Made by a program: the position numbers and the translations under genes. Shown in pieces: positions 1-9,928 of a DNA stretch of 62,630 nt. Numbering within the stretch: the stretch's first letter is position 1; every line of letters starts with the position of its first letter. The notes beneath the pieces were generated by a model that was not told the DNA's origin, did not search any database, and saw only the letters and a program-made list of their open reading frames with translations. Origin of the DNA: Roseobacter sp. (GTDB taxonomy: Bacteria; Pseudomonadota; Alphaproteobacteria; Rhodobacterales; Rhodobacteraceae); assembly GCA_018500125.2 (NCBI GenBank), contig JAHBAM020000048.1, forward strand, positions 1-62,630, in the 5' to 3' direction.

Positions 1-1
1 C

Positions 2-436
2 GCCCGCGCGCTCAACACAACCAAAGGGTCGTTTTACTGGCACTTCCGCGACGTGCCCGCCTTTCAACAGCAGATGTTGACCCATTGGGAAGAGGCCGCG
101 CTCACAGGTCTGATCGCAGAAATCGAAGGACAAGCCTCTCCCCATAAGGCGTTGCAGAAATTTGTGCATCTGGTCGCTGATCCTGACGACACAACCGCAG
201 CGATACGGGCCTGGGCACACTCCGATCCATCGGTCGTCCAAGCGCTCGCCGACATCGACAGAGCGCGCCAGAAATATCTCGCAGCCCTGCTCAAGCGCGC
301 CGGCGTCAGCAACCCAGACATCGCCAAAGCGCTCTACAGCGCCGCCATCGGCGCCCAGATTTTGCCCCAGACAGAAGACAGCGCAACGCGCGCCTCTCTG
401 GATACCCTGATCGATCTCATTCTGGCGCTCCGGTGA
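2..436 (+). CDS. TetR/AcrR family transcriptional regulator (5'-truncated by window edge)
   Basis: Frame is open from base 2: ARALNTTKGSFYWHFRD matches the TetR HTH motif; continues into ORF 53..436. Confidence 0.85.
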   Translation, partial: ARALNTTKGSFYWHFRDVPAFQQQMLTHWEEAALTGLIAEIEGQASPHKALQKFVHLVADPDDTTAAIRAWAHSDPSVVQALADIDRARQKYLAALLKRAGVSNPDIAKALYSAAIGAQILPQTEDSATRASLDTLIDLILALR

Positions 437-843
437 GGCCGATCCGTCACAGCCTCACCGCCCTTGCCCTGCTCATCGGGCTGGCAACGCTCCCCGCCTG
501 CCAAGCAGACGATCCCCCGGACCGCGGCGCCGGACCAGAGAAAACATGGGTCTTGCAAGACATTGATGGAAAACCCTTTCCCGCGCGGGCAACGCTTGAG
601 TTCCCCGAAGCAGGCCGGCTCGCCGGCACAGCCCCCTGCAATCGCTACTTTGGAACACTTGCGCTGCCCTACCCGAACTTTGATGCAAAAGGGATCGGCG
701 CCACCAAAAGGGCCTGCCCGGATTTGGCCGCCGAAGGGCTGTTTTTTGCGGCTCTGGAAAAGATGACCCGCGTAGAAATCTCGGGTGATACGCTCGTGCT
801 CAGCACCGATACAGGCGCAGAAATGCGCTTCACAGCGGAGTGA
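433..843 (+). CDS. META domain (HslJ-like) exported protein/lipoprotein
   Basis: Signal peptide; W-x-L, G-x-x-PCNRYFG and TKRAC motifs of META domains. Confidence 0.85.
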   Translation: MRPIRHSLTALALLIGLATLPACQADDPPDRGAGPEKTWVLQDIDGKPFPARATLEFPEAGRLAGTAPCNRYFGTLALPYPNFDAKGIGATKRACPDLAAEGLFFAALEKMTRVEISGDTLVLSTDTGAEMRFTAE

Positions 844-1564
844 TCCGCCGCTCAAAAACGCTCAAAAACCGCGCCCGCGCATCTGGCAGAGGCTTTGTGC
901 TCAGCTCAGGCGCAAGATGCTCGGCCAAAAAATACCCCGTCAGCCGCAGGCCCGCCGCCACATCCGCATCCCCCGCATCGCCCTGACCCAAGAGAACCGG
1001 CGGCAGCACCAAGAGCTTGCTCGCCCAGTCGCCCGCGCCCTCTGCGGTCACAGCGCGCCCCGTCTTGGGCGAAACATAAGCGAGTCCGTCCTCGGCGCCG
1101 GTGACGGCACAAGATGTCAGATCAAGCCCGAAGCCAAGCTCTTCCAAAAACGCCAGCTCCCATTTGAGGTAGGCCAGCGGCCAGATGTCATCCTGCCCCA
1201 GAAGGTCCATCAGGGCCTCGGTGCGCCGATACAGCGGCAAGTGCACCTCCCGCTCGGGCAAAGCGTAGCGCAGCAAAGCCGTCACCGTGTTCAGCCCGGC
1301 CAAAGCGAGGCGCGACCCCATCACCTGGGCCGAGCGCGAGCGCATGAGTTCGGCGCTAAAGCTCCCGAGATGCTCCTCAAGCCGTGCCCGCCACATCAGA
1401 TCAAGCTGGGCACCGGGCTGCAAGACCGGCGCCATCTTGCGACTCGCCCCGCCCCGCACCACACCCGAATGCAAGCCGCGCTCGGGCGTCAAAACGTCGA
1501 GAATGGCGCTGCTTTCGCCATGGGGCCGCACGGCCAGTAAAATTCCGGTGTCACGCCATTCCAT
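830..1564 (-). CDS. recO: DNA repair protein RecO
   Basis: [18 protein letters not shown]-terminus; [13 protein letters not shown] and [10 protein letters not shown] alphaproteobacterial RecO motifs. Confidence 0.95.
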   Translation of the reverse strand: MEWRDTGILLAVRPHGESSAILDVLTPERGLHSGVVRGGASRKMAPVLQPGAQLDLMWRARLEEHLGSFSAELMRSRSAQVMGSRLALAGLNTVTALLRYALPEREVHLPLYRRTEALMDLLGQDDIWPLAYLKWELAFLEELGFGLDLTSCAVTGAEDGLAYVSPKTGRAVTAEGAGDWASKLLVLPPVLLGQGDAGDADVAAGLRLTGYFLAEHLAPELSTKPLPDARARFLSVFERRITPL

Positions 1565-1574
1565 AGGCGTGAGA

Positions 1575-2810
1575 CTAGCGCGTCACAACGCCCTCTGCGA
1601 GCCATTTATCAAAGACGGCCAGCACCGCATCACTGAAGCCTATATCGTTGATATGACAGTCAAGTTCATGTGCGCTCACCGTTTCGGGCATATGCTGGCG
1701 CATCGCGTCCATAAAGGCTGCAAGGCCTTCGCCATCATGCAAGGGCGCGCCGTCACGGTCCCATTCGTTACAGCCCCGCAGCGGCAAGAAAACCTCGGTT
1801 GGCCCGACCGCCTGAGCCAGCTTGCCACAGATCTCTTCAGCCACTTCGCGGCGGTCCTGCGCCCCGATCATCGCCGAGCTGAGCAAGCGGTTGTGCGCAT
1901 GGGTCTCATAGCCCGCAAGCCGCGCAGGCGGCGCCTGCCAGCCGACAAAATCGACCAGATCATAACAGCCCGGCGCAATCATCTGTGGCACGCCATTGCG
2001 CCCTGCATGGGTCAAACGGTCCGCCCCGGCGGTGATGTTGGAGCCAAAATGGTGGTTGGTCACTTCCTGCGGCGCAAAATCCATCACAGCAGCAAAAGCG
2101 CCCTCTGCGGCCAGCCCCTCAAAGGCGCGCCCGCCCATCCCTGTGGCATGAAACACCGCCACTTCAAAGCCGCGCTCCTCCAGCGCCGGCTTGAGCGCCA
2201 CCATATAGCGCAGCACGGTTTTGCCAAAAGAGGTCATACCGATCAGCGGCTTGTCCCATTTGGGCGCCTCCACAGCCCGCGCCGCACCAAGCACAGCGCC
2301 CGCCGCTTGGCTGAGAGAGGATTTGCAAACCGAATTCAGCCCGTAAAGCCCGCCCCCCCATAAAATCATCTGGATATCGGGGGCCAACCGCTCGGGCGGC
2401 AACATGGCCGAAAAAGACACCGTGGACACCACATATTTGGGAACGCCAAGCGGCAGCGCCGCGCAGAGATCAAGCGCAAGATCCGTGCCCATCGATCCGC
2501 CCAACACAATCACCCCGTCAAACTTCGCCGCGCGGTGCAGCGTGAGCGCCAGCGCCGAAGCGCCATCCGCCATAATTTGCATCGCAACATTCTCATCCCC
2601 CGCCGCGATCGCGGCTGTGATCGAGCTGCCCCCCGCCTCGGCCACCTCATGCTTGGAGTAATCTGTCGGCTGTGACGGCTCGCCCAATACGCTCACATCC
2701 ATTGTCGCCACCTGCCCGCCCTGCGCACGGATCACCTCGGCCAAATAGCCAAGCTCGTCGTCTTTGGTGTCATAGGTGCCCACAATGAGGATTGTCTTGT
2801 CTTGGCTCAT
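1575..2810 (-). CDS. Tm-1-like ATP-binding domain protein (UPF0261)
   Basis: [40 protein letters not shown] motifs. Confidence 0.88.
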   Translation of the reverse strand: MSQDKTILIVGTYDTKDDELGYLAEVIRAQGGQVATMDVSVLGEPSQPTDYSKHEVAEAGGSSITAAIAAGDENVAMQIMADGASALALTLHRAAKFDGVIVLGGSMGTDLALDLCAALPLGVPKYVVSTVSFSAMLPPERLAPDIQMILWGGGLYGLNSVCKSSLSQAAGAVLGAARAVEAPKWDKPLIGMTSFGKTVLRYMVALKPALEERGFEVAVFHATGMGGRAFEGLAAEGAFAAVMDFAPQEVTNHHFGSNITAGADRLTHAGRNGVPQMIAPGCYDLVDFVGWQAPPARLAGYETHAHNRLLSSAMIGAQDRREVAEEICGKLAQAVGPTEVFLPLRGCNEWDRDGAPLHDGEGLAAFMDAMRQHMPETVSAHELDCHINDIGFSDAVLAVFDKWLAEGVVTR

Positions 2811-2811
2811 C

Positions 2812-3747
2812 TCATCTCTCCATAAAGGCTTCTGCCAGTTTCAACGCCGTTGCATTGGCCCGCGCGGCGCGCAAAGCCGTGTTTGGCTCGCCCCTGCGGG
2901 TCATAAACCAACCGGGGTAGGTAAAGGCGCGCAGCATCAGGAACAGGTCCAGCTCTTGCGCCTCGATCATGGCACGCGCCGCATAGCCCTCGCAGAGCGC
3001 CGCGCGTATCTCAGGGTAATCAGGCTTGTCCATATAGCGCAAAAGGAATGTCGCAAGCTCAAAGACACGAAAGCCATACCCGCCATCGTCAAAATCAATC
3101 AGACCCGGAGTTTCCCCGTCCCACATCACATTCTGACCGACGAGGTCGGCATGGATAAGACCGTAATCAAGAGTGCTCTCAGCCTGCGCCAGCATCGCAT
3201 CCGCCTTGGCGCGCGCCGCCAACAGCAAGTCGCGCTCGCCCGCGCCCAGATCAGGATGCTCCCAAAACCGCCCCCAAAGCGGGGCATCGCCCAAAAGCCC
3301 GGCGCGGTCCCAAGCGGGGCGCACAAAGCCCGCAGGCGGCACCCAAAGATCACAGGCCTGATGCAAAGCCGCCATCGTTGCGCCCAGCCTATGGCAAAAC
3401 GCGGGCCGCTCGCTCACACCATCCATCTCTCCGGGCGGCCCCAAAGGCGCGCCGTCAACCCATGTCACCACACTGACGAGCTGGCCTTCAACCGCCGCAA
3501 CATACCCGCCCGAAGGCAAGCCAACAGCCCGCGGCACAGGCAAGCCGGCCTCCGCCAGCGCACCGATCCACGCCAGCTCGTGGCGCAGCTCCTCTTTGCT
3601 GCGATAGCCGATACGGTGCAACCGCAGCGCATAGGTCTCGCCCGCCTCCACCCGATACACCAGATTTTCCCGCGCCGCCGCAAGCGTGATCCGGGGGCGG
3701 TCAAACCCCCAAAGTCGGGCCGCCTGTGCCGCGCGCTCCAAGCTCAA
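2812..3747 (-). CDS. APH/homoserine kinase type II-like phosphotransferase
   Basis: RENLVYRV, YALRLHR, catalytic HADL..N and IDFDD motifs. Confidence 0.85.
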   Translation of the reverse strand: MSLERAAQAARLWGFDRPRITLAAARENLVYRVEAGETYALRLHRIGYRSKEELRHELAWIGALAEAGLPVPRAVGLPSGGYVAAVEGQLVSVVTWVDGAPLGPPGEMDGVSERPAFCHRLGATMAALHQACDLWVPPAGFVRPAWDRAGLLGDAPLWGRFWEHPDLGAGERDLLLAARAKADAMLAQAESTLDYGLIHADLVGQNVMWDGETPGLIDFDDGGYGFRVFELATFLLRYMDKPDYPEIRAALCEGYAARAMIEAQELDLFLMLRAFTYPGWFMTRRGEPNTALRAARANATALKLAEAFMER

Positions 3748-5225
3748 AGCTGGATCCAGGCGGTTTTCAGATCGACATATTTTTCGATCGCATGAAGCGA
3801 TTTGTCATGCCCGTTGCCCGACTGCTTTACGCCGCCCAAAGGCACGGTATTGTCCGAGCCGCCATAGGTGTTCACATGAACAATCCCCGCCCGAATACCA
3901 TGCACCATCCGATGCGCACGGCTCAGATTGGCCGTCCAGACCCCCGCCGAAAGGCCATAGTCGGTCCCGTTGGCAAGGCTCACCGCCTCGGCATCGCTCT
4001 CAAACGCCGTGACCGCAAGCACAGGACCAAAGACCTCGTTTTGAAAGACAGTGTGGCCCCGCTCCACGCCTGTCAGGATCGTCGGGGCCATATAATAGCC
4101 GCCCGTGTCCTCGCGTATCCGTCCCCCGCCCGTCACAGCCTCCGCGCCCTCGGCCAGCGCCTTTTTGACAAACCCGAGATTGCCCTCAAGCTGCGCAATG
4201 GAGTTCACCGCGCCGATCTGGCTCGCCAGATCCAGCGGGTCACCCACCTTGAGCTTTTCAGCCTCCGCCGCCAGCAGCGCGACAAACTCGTCATGCACCC
4301 TGCGCTCCACCAAAAGCCGCGATCCGGCCACACAGACCTGCCCCGAATTGCGGAAAATGCCCATCGCAGAGACTTTGGCGGCGACTGCGAGATCAGGCGC
4401 ATCCGCAAAGACAATATTGGGCGACTTGCCACCAAGCTCCAGATAAACACGCTTGAGGTTGGAGCGGGCCGAATACTCCAGCAAGCGCCGCCCCACAGCG
4501 CCTGATCCGGTGAACACCAGCACATCGACATCATGGCTCAGCGCCAGCGCCTCACCCGCCACAGCGCCCTGCCCCGTCACCACATTCAATACCCCGTCGG
4601 GCAGCCCTGCCTCGGCGCATATTTCGGCCAGTTTGAGAAGCGAAAGCGACGCCGTCTCGGCGGGCTTCAACACGACAGAGTTGCCCATGGCCAGCGCGGG
4701 CGCCAGCTTCCATGCGCCAATCATCAGGGGGAAGTTCCAAGGCACAATCGCACCGACAACACCCACAGGCGCATGATGCACAAGGCCCAGAACGTCCGGT
4801 GCCGTTGGTGCGACCTCGCCATAAATCTTGTCCAGCGCTTCGGCATAATACCTGAAAGTGCCCGCCGCCGATCCGGCCTCGGCCTTGAGCGCCATGTTAA
4901 ATTCCGTGCCGTTGTCGCGCACCCCCAAAACGGTCAGCTCAAGCGCATATTGTTCGATCAGATCCGCGATCTTATGCAGCACTTTTTTGCGCCCCGCTGG
5001 CGGCATATCGCGCCAGCGCCCGTCCTCGAACGCGCGTCGCGCCGCCGTCACCGCACGCGCCACATCGGTGGCCGTTGCACGCTCGATCGTGGTGAGTTTT
5101 TGCCCGTCAATCGGCGACAGCACATCCAGTGGCGCGCCCGAAGCCGCTTGCCATGCTCCGTCAATAAACAACTTTTGCGGCGCGATGTCTGCGTGGCGCA
5201 GCGCGTCAATCCGGCTCTGGTCCAT
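3744..5225 (-). CDS. NAD(P)-dependent aldehyde dehydrogenase (PuuC-like)
   Basis: PWNFP, FTGS, LELGGKSP, catalytic Cys in GQVCVAG, EVFGPV. Confidence 0.95.
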   Translation of the reverse strand: MDQSRIDALRHADIAPQKLFIDGAWQAASGAPLDVLSPIDGQKLTTIERATATDVARAVTAARRAFEDGRWRDMPPAGRKKVLHKIADLIEQYALELTVLGVRDNGTEFNMALKAEAGSAAGTFRYYAEALDKIYGEVAPTAPDVLGLVHHAPVGVVGAIVPWNFPLMIGAWKLAPALAMGNSVVLKPAETASLSLLKLAEICAEAGLPDGVLNVVTGQGAVAGEALALSHDVDVLVFTGSGAVGRRLLEYSARSNLKRVYLELGGKSPNIVFADAPDLAVAAKVSAMGIFRNSGQVCVAGSRLLVERRVHDEFVALLAAEAEKLKVGDPLDLASQIGAVNSIAQLEGNLGFVKKALAEGAEAVTGGGRIREDTGGYYMAPTILTGVERGHTVFQNEVFGPVLAVTAFESDAEAVSLANGTDYGLSAGVWTANLSRAHRMVHGIRAGIVHVNTYGGSDNTVPLGGVKQSGNGHDKSLHAIEKYVDLKTAWIQL

Positions 5226-5231
5226 TTGGCG

Positions 5232-6752
5232 TTACCTCATTTGTGTGTCGTGCATATCGTGGTCAGGCTCGGGCTGATGGGCGCGGTATTCTTTGAACAG
5301 CGTGCGCAAATGCAGAGCCAGAACCAAAAGGATCAGACTGAACAGAACAAACGCAATCGGTCTGTCAATCATATCAAAGGGTGTTTTCAAACGCGGCAGG
5401 GCCGAGCGCAGCTTCACTTCCATAATCCCGCCAAGGACCATCCCGAGAATGATCGGCACAATCGGCAGGTTGAGACGCTTCAGGATCAACCCCAAAACGC
5501 CAAACCCGGCCGAAATCATACAATCCGTCAGAGAATTTCTCAGGCTGTAAACACCGACAAAAGACAAAATCAGGATCATCACACCAAGAAAACGGGTCGG
5601 CACACGTATGATTTTGGTGAGCAGATTTGTTGAAAACAGCAAAAACACCACAACAATCACATTGAGCAAAATCAGCGACAGATACAGCCCGTAAACCAGA
5701 TCGATGTTGTTCTGGAAAAGCTGCGGGCCGGGAATGACGTTGTGCACATAAAACACCGAAAGCATCATCGCCGTGAGCGCCTCCCCCGGAATACCCAAGG
5801 CCAGCAAAGGGATCATCGCCGCCGCAGGAACGGCATTGTTGGCCGCTTCCGACGCGATCAACCCCTCAGGCGAGCCTTTCCCGAACAGCTCGGGATTTTT
5901 CGAGGTTTTTTGCGCATAGGTATAGCTCATGAATTGCGCGGTGAATTCTCCGGTGCCGGGGATCATCCCGAGGATCACCCCAAACCCGGACGCAACAGTG
6001 GCGACGCGCTTGTGCTTCATTAGCTCCCGAAATCCGTCACTCATCCGGCCAGTGACCGGCTTGGCGTCAGGGCTTGTGTCAGGCGCGGTGAGCAGAAAAA
6101 AAGCTTGGCTCAAGGCAAACAGACCGAGCACAACCACGATCAGGTTGATCCCCGAGCTGAGAAACGAATATCCGAAGGTGTAGCGCTGCGTATAGGTCAC
6201 AGCATCAAGGCCGACGGTTTGCAGAAATATCCCGAACATCGCCAGCACACCGGCCGCAAATATCTGCCCGCGGTGGGCCAGAATAACCAGAAGAATACCC
6301 AAAAGCGCCGCAAGGAAAATCTCCCGACTGCCAAACATCGGCGCAATATAGGCCAGCACCGGCGACAATAAAATCAGGCAGAGAATGCCAAAGATACCGC
6401 CCCAAAACGACGCACTATAGGCGAGCGAAACGGCGCGGTGCCCCTCTGCGCGCTCTGTCATGGGATAGCCGTCATAAGAGGTCAGCGCATTGACCGCCGT
6501 GCCCGGCGTATTGATCAACACCGCAGGGATCGCCCCGCCATACATAGAGGAGCCATATATCCCCAAGAGCATGGTCAGCCCGACAATCGGCTCCATTGAA
6601 AACGTCGCAGGCAACAAAATCGCAATCGCAACCGCAGGGCCAACACCGGGAATCGCCCCGATAATCACCCCGCCGATAGACCCCACCAGAAGCGCGGCAA
6701 AAACGTCCCATCGGGCGAGCATTTCAACGCCGGCAATCAGGTTTTCAAACAT
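5232..6752 (-). CDS. tctA: Tripartite tricarboxylate transporter large permease TctA
   Basis: GAIPG, YGGAIPAVLINTPG, EAANNA..IPLLALGIPG motifs; 506 aa hydrophobic. Confidence 0.93.
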   Translation of the reverse strand: MFENLIAGVEMLARWDVFAALLVGSIGGVIIGAIPGVGPAVAIAILLPATFSMEPIVGLTMLLGIYGSSMYGGAIPAVLINTPGTAVNALTSYDGYPMTERAEGHRAVSLAYSASFWGGIFGILCLILLSPVLAYIAPMFGSREIFLAALLGILLVILAHRGQIFAAGVLAMFGIFLQTVGLDAVTYTQRYTFGYSFLSSGINLIVVVLGLFALSQAFFLLTAPDTSPDAKPVTGRMSDGFRELMKHKRVATVASGFGVILGMIPGTGEFTAQFMSYTYAQKTSKNPELFGKGSPEGLIASEAANNAVPAAAMIPLLALGIPGEALTAMMLSVFYVHNVIPGPQLFQNNIDLVYGLYLSLILLNVIVVVFLLFSTNLLTKIIRVPTRFLGVMILILSFVGVYSLRNSLTDCMISAGFGVLGLILKRLNLPIVPIILGMVLGGIMEVKLRSALPRLKTPFDMIDRPIAFVLFSLILLVLALHLRTLFKEYRAHQPEPDHDMHDTQMR

Positions 6753-6764
6753 AGGATAATCCGA

Positions 6765-7304
6765 TCAAAAATATGTCAGCATGATTTGGCGCAGCCCGTC
6801 GGGCAGCAGCTCATACACCCGCCCCGAAGGCAGCTTGACCTGTAAGACCGTCTTGAACAGCACCACAATAACAACCGCACTCGCCAGCGCAGACATCAAA
6901 GCCGTCTTGCTGCGATATCCCGCGCGCAAGACCAAGACCACAGCGAAGACAACGGTCGAGGGCAAATAGCCCGCCACAGGCACAACCATCGCATAAAGGA
7001 TAAACCAGCCGGCGTATTCAAGCGAGGAGATCCACAAAAGAACCTCCCGCCACCGCCCCTGAATGCGCTCCGACAACAGCGAGCCGGCAAGGTGGAACAG
7101 GGCAAAGCCCGACATCCCGATCAGCGAGACCGCAGGCCAGAACCGGGGCTGGGCAAAGAGCTTGCCATTTGGCTTATAAGCCGTCTGGGCAAAAATCTGC
7201 GAGAGCAGAAACAAAGACACAGCCAGCACCAGCCATGCAAAAACAACATCGCCGGGGCGGCGGTAGCGCTGGAAAAGGGCTTGCAGCGTTTTGACGCGTG
7301 ACAT
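6765..7304 (-). CDS. tctB: Tripartite tricarboxylate transporter small permease TctB
   Basis: Multi-TM protein between tctC and tctA; PRFWP and F..VLQVKLP motifs. Confidence 0.88.
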   Translation of the reverse strand: MSRVKTLQALFQRYRRPGDVVFAWLVLAVSLFLLSQIFAQTAYKPNGKLFAQPRFWPAVSLIGMSGFALFHLAGSLLSERIQGRWREVLLWISSLEYAGWFILYAMVVPVAGYLPSTVVFAVVLVLRAGYRSKTALMSALASAVVIVVLFKTVLQVKLPSGRVYELLPDGLRQIMLTYF

Positions 7305-7338
7305 CTGGATGTGTCCTGTCTGAAAAGGGCAAACGCAA

Positions 7339-7362
7339 ATCGGGCAGCCGCAGCTGCCCGAT
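7339..7362 (-). terminator. Hairpin after tctC (attenuator/terminator or mRNA stabiliser)
   Basis: ATCGGGCAGC-N4-GCTGCCCGAT perfect 10-bp stem followed by TTGCGTTT on the minus strand. Confidence 0.6.
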
Positions 7363-7376
7363 CTGGTCTTGAAAAC

Positions 7377-8321
7377 TCAGTTGTTCAGAATTGAGTCGAT
7401 GGCGTTCAGGGTCGCAATATCTTTGCTGATCTGGGCTTTCACATCCTCGGCAGTCTGCCAATACACCGTCGCACCGGTCTCGGCCGCAAGCGCCTGGGCC
7501 CGCTCGGACATCACAGTCTTGGACGCCACAGCAATAATTTTCTCGCGGACATCCTGCGGTGTGTCTTTATGCACAAACAAACCGTTCCAAAGCGCCACAT
7601 CCAGCGCAGGCGCAAGCTCGGCAACCGTTGGTGTATCCGGTGTCAGCGAAATCCGCTCTGACCCGACAGACGCCAACACTTTGACCTGATCAAGGCACGG
7701 CAAGATCAGTTGCAGCGTTGTGTTGATCACATCAACATCGCCCGAGGCCAGCGTGTTGCAATCGAGCGCATCAAAGGCCGCATCCGAGGCATAGGAAAAC
7801 CCCATCTCCTTGGCGAGCGCCAGCGTCACCTGCGTTGGCACAAGAGGCGCGCCAAAATGCCCGAGCACAACATCATTGCTGCTCGCATGGGCCGCCAGAC
7901 CCGCCATATCGTCATAGGGCGCATCCGCCCCCGCCGCGATCACGAAGGGATAGGTCAGGAAGTTTCCAAGCGGCTCAAAGGGATCAGGGTTCAGCTCGGG
8001 AATACCAATCTGCGGACCAACCACGGGAACAGCAATAATGAACGACCCGATCGTATAGCCGTCTGCCGGTGCGGTCGCGACCTCAATGGCGCCGGGGAAT
8101 GGTCCACCGCCGCCGCCCGGCTTGTTCACAACAGCCGCAGGCACCCCATAGGCCGCCTGAAAGTCATCAGCAATCATCCGCGTCAGCACATCTTCCAAAT
8201 CGCCCGGAGGCCACGGCACAACAAAACTCACTGGTTTTTCGGGGTATTCGGCCAAAGCTGCGCCGCCCATAGCGGCCATGCTGAGCGCCAAGGCTCCGCC
8301 GAGAAGTTTGTTACCTAGCAT
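7377..8321 (-). CDS. tctC: Tripartite tricarboxylate transporter substrate-binding protein TctC/Bug
   Basis: Signal peptide, YPEKPVSFVVPWPPG, VNKPGGGG, APADGYT; ATG at 8321 has a GGGAG RBS. Confidence 0.92.
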   Translation of the reverse strand: MLGNKLLGGALALSMAAMGGAALAEYPEKPVSFVVPWPPGDLEDVLTRMIADDFQAAYGVPAAVVNKPGGGGGPFPGAIEVATAPADGYTIGSFIIAVPVVGPQIGIPELNPDPFEPLGNFLTYPFVIAAGADAPYDDMAGLAAHASSNDVVLGHFGAPLVPTQVTLALAKEMGFSYASDAAFDALDCNTLASGDVDVINTTLQLILPCLDQVKVLASVGSERISLTPDTPTVAELAPALDVALWNGLFVHKDTPQDVREKIIAVASKTVMSERAQALAAETGATVYWQTAEDVKAQISKDIATLNAIDSILNN

Positions 8322-8342
8322 CGTTATCTCCCTGATCATGCT

Positions 8343-8403
8343 GGTTCATTATTCGAACCGTTGGTTCTAAAACAGATTGACAGAGCGGCCCCGAGTCTGT
8401 CAA
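8343..8403. promoter_or_regulatory. Divergent promoter/operator region of tctC and IclR operons
   Basis: GGTTC-N7-GAACC palindrome (8343-8359); TTGACAGA-N11-TCTGTCAA (8377-8403) gives TTGACA on both strands. Confidence 0.55.
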
Positions 8404-8477
8404 CACCTTTCACAAGCAAGGTTGGCGCAAGCTGGCTTTCCCCTCCAAACGCCCGAGGAAAGGCAAGAAGAAACCCC

Positions 8478-9260
8478 ATGGGAACCGTGTCCAAAGCCCT
8501 GTCATTGCTCAGCTTTTTCAGCCGCTCTCAAAGCCTGATCGGCCTCAGCGAAATGTCTAGACTGACAGGAATGAACAAAACAACAGTGCACCGGATGTTG
8601 AGCGAGTTGCAGTCAGAAGGATTCGTCGAACAGGCCGGCGTTGGCCGCGAATACCGCCTCGGCCCGGCCTTTTTGCGCCTCGCCGCCCTGCGAGAAGCGA
8701 CGGTTCCAATGCGTGATCTGGCCCAAAATCTGGCGGATGATCTGGCGCAAAAGACAGGCGAAACAGCCCATGTCTCGCTCCTGCATGGCGATGTGCTCAG
8801 CACAATCGCCTACGCCTACGCCCATCAACACGGCCTTCAGGTCACAATGGATGATGCCGAAATCCTGCCACTGCACGCGACAAGCTCAGGCCATGTCGTG
8901 CTGGCCTATAGCGATGCGCGCTTTACCAAAGCCGCGCTGGCCGGTCCGCTGAAAGCCTTTTCCACAGGCACAATCACAGACCGCAAACGGCTCACACAGC
9001 TCTTCGCAGAAATCCGCACCCAAGGCTATGCCGAAGCCGTCAGCGCCTTTGAAACCGATGTGCATTCTCACGCCGCACCGCTGTTTGACGCCCAGAAAAA
9101 CTGCATCGGCGCGATGGCCGTCGCCGCCCCCACGGCCCGGATGACCCCGGAGGGGCGCGCCTCTATCCGCGCCGCGCTCCTTGAAGCCGCCCCGCGCCTG
9201 ACGCGCCTGATGGGGGGCTTTCTCCCGGACACATATGTTCAGAAGGCCCCGCCCGCATGA
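8478..9260 (+). CDS. IclR family transcriptional regulator
   Basis: TVSKALSLL...GMNKTTVHRML HTH; TGETAH and LPLHATSSG IclR motifs; start moved to ATG 8478. Confidence 0.93.
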   Translation: MGTVSKALSLLSFFSRSQSLIGLSEMSRLTGMNKTTVHRMLSELQSEGFVEQAGVGREYRLGPAFLRLAALREATVPMRDLAQNLADDLAQKTGETAHVSLLHGDVLSTIAYAYAHQHGLQVTMDDAEILPLHATSSGHVVLAYSDARFTKAALAGPLKAFSTGTITDRKRLTQLFAEIRTQGYAEAVSAFETDVHSHAAPLFDAQKNCIGAMAVAAPTARMTPEGRASIRAALLEAAPRLTRLMGGFLPDTYVQKAPPA

Positions 9261-9928
9261 CCGCTCGCCCGCCCAAAGCCCTGATCCTTGATTTTGGCGG
9301 CGTCATCTCGCGCACGCTGTTTGAAACTCACGACCTGAGCGAGAAAGCCCTTGGCCTGCCTGCCGGCAGCCTCACTTGGCAAGGCCCGTTTGCGCCGGAG
9401 TCCGACCCGCTCTGGCAGGCCATGCAGGCCGACGAAATCACAGAGCGCGCCTATTGGAAGGCCCGCACCAAGGAGGTCGGCCAGCTCCTCGGCGCGGATT
9501 GGAGCGAGATGAGCGACTTTGTGCGCGCTGCCCGCGGGGCCGACCCCGACGCCGTGATCCGCCCCGAGTTTCGCGCCGCCATCGCCGCGTGTAAGGCCGC
9601 CGGCATCCGCCTCGCGGTCCTCTCCAACGAGCTGGATCTGTTCTATGGCGCAGATTTTCGCGAAAAACTGCCCTTCCTCGCCGATTTCGAAGTGATCATC
9701 GATGCGACCTATACAGGCATCCTCAAGCCCGACCCCCGCGCCTATGAAGCGGTGCTCGACGCCCTCGCCCTCCCCGCGAGCGCCTGCGTCTTTGTCGATG
9801 ACCAGATGCGCAACATCAAAGGGGCAGAGGCCCTTGGCCTGCCCGCGGTCCATTTTGACGTGATGGACCCAACCCGAAGCTATTCAGAGGCCCTGCGCCT
9901 CCTTGATCTTGAAAGGACCGCCCCGTGA
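9257..9928 (+). CDS. HAD-IA family hydrolase/phosphatase
   Basis: LDFGGVI motif I, LSN motif II, KPDP and FVDD motifs. Confidence 0.9.
   Translation: MTARPPKALILDFGGVISRTLFETHDLSEKALGLPAGSLTWQGPFAPESDPLWQAMQADEITERAYWKARTKEVGQLLGADWSEMSDFVRAARGADPDAVIRPEFRAAIAACKAAGIRLAVLSNELDLFYGADFREKLPFLADFEVIIDATYTGILKPDPRAYEAVLDALALPASACVFVDDQMRNIKGAEALGLPAVHFDVMDPTRSYSEALRLLDLERTAP

Noticed and set aside
830-843. Short convergent 3' overlaps (also 11280-11283, 22994-23003, 29560-29573, 58730-58733)
   Set aside because: Common in compact GC-rich genomes; no evidence of a regulatory role
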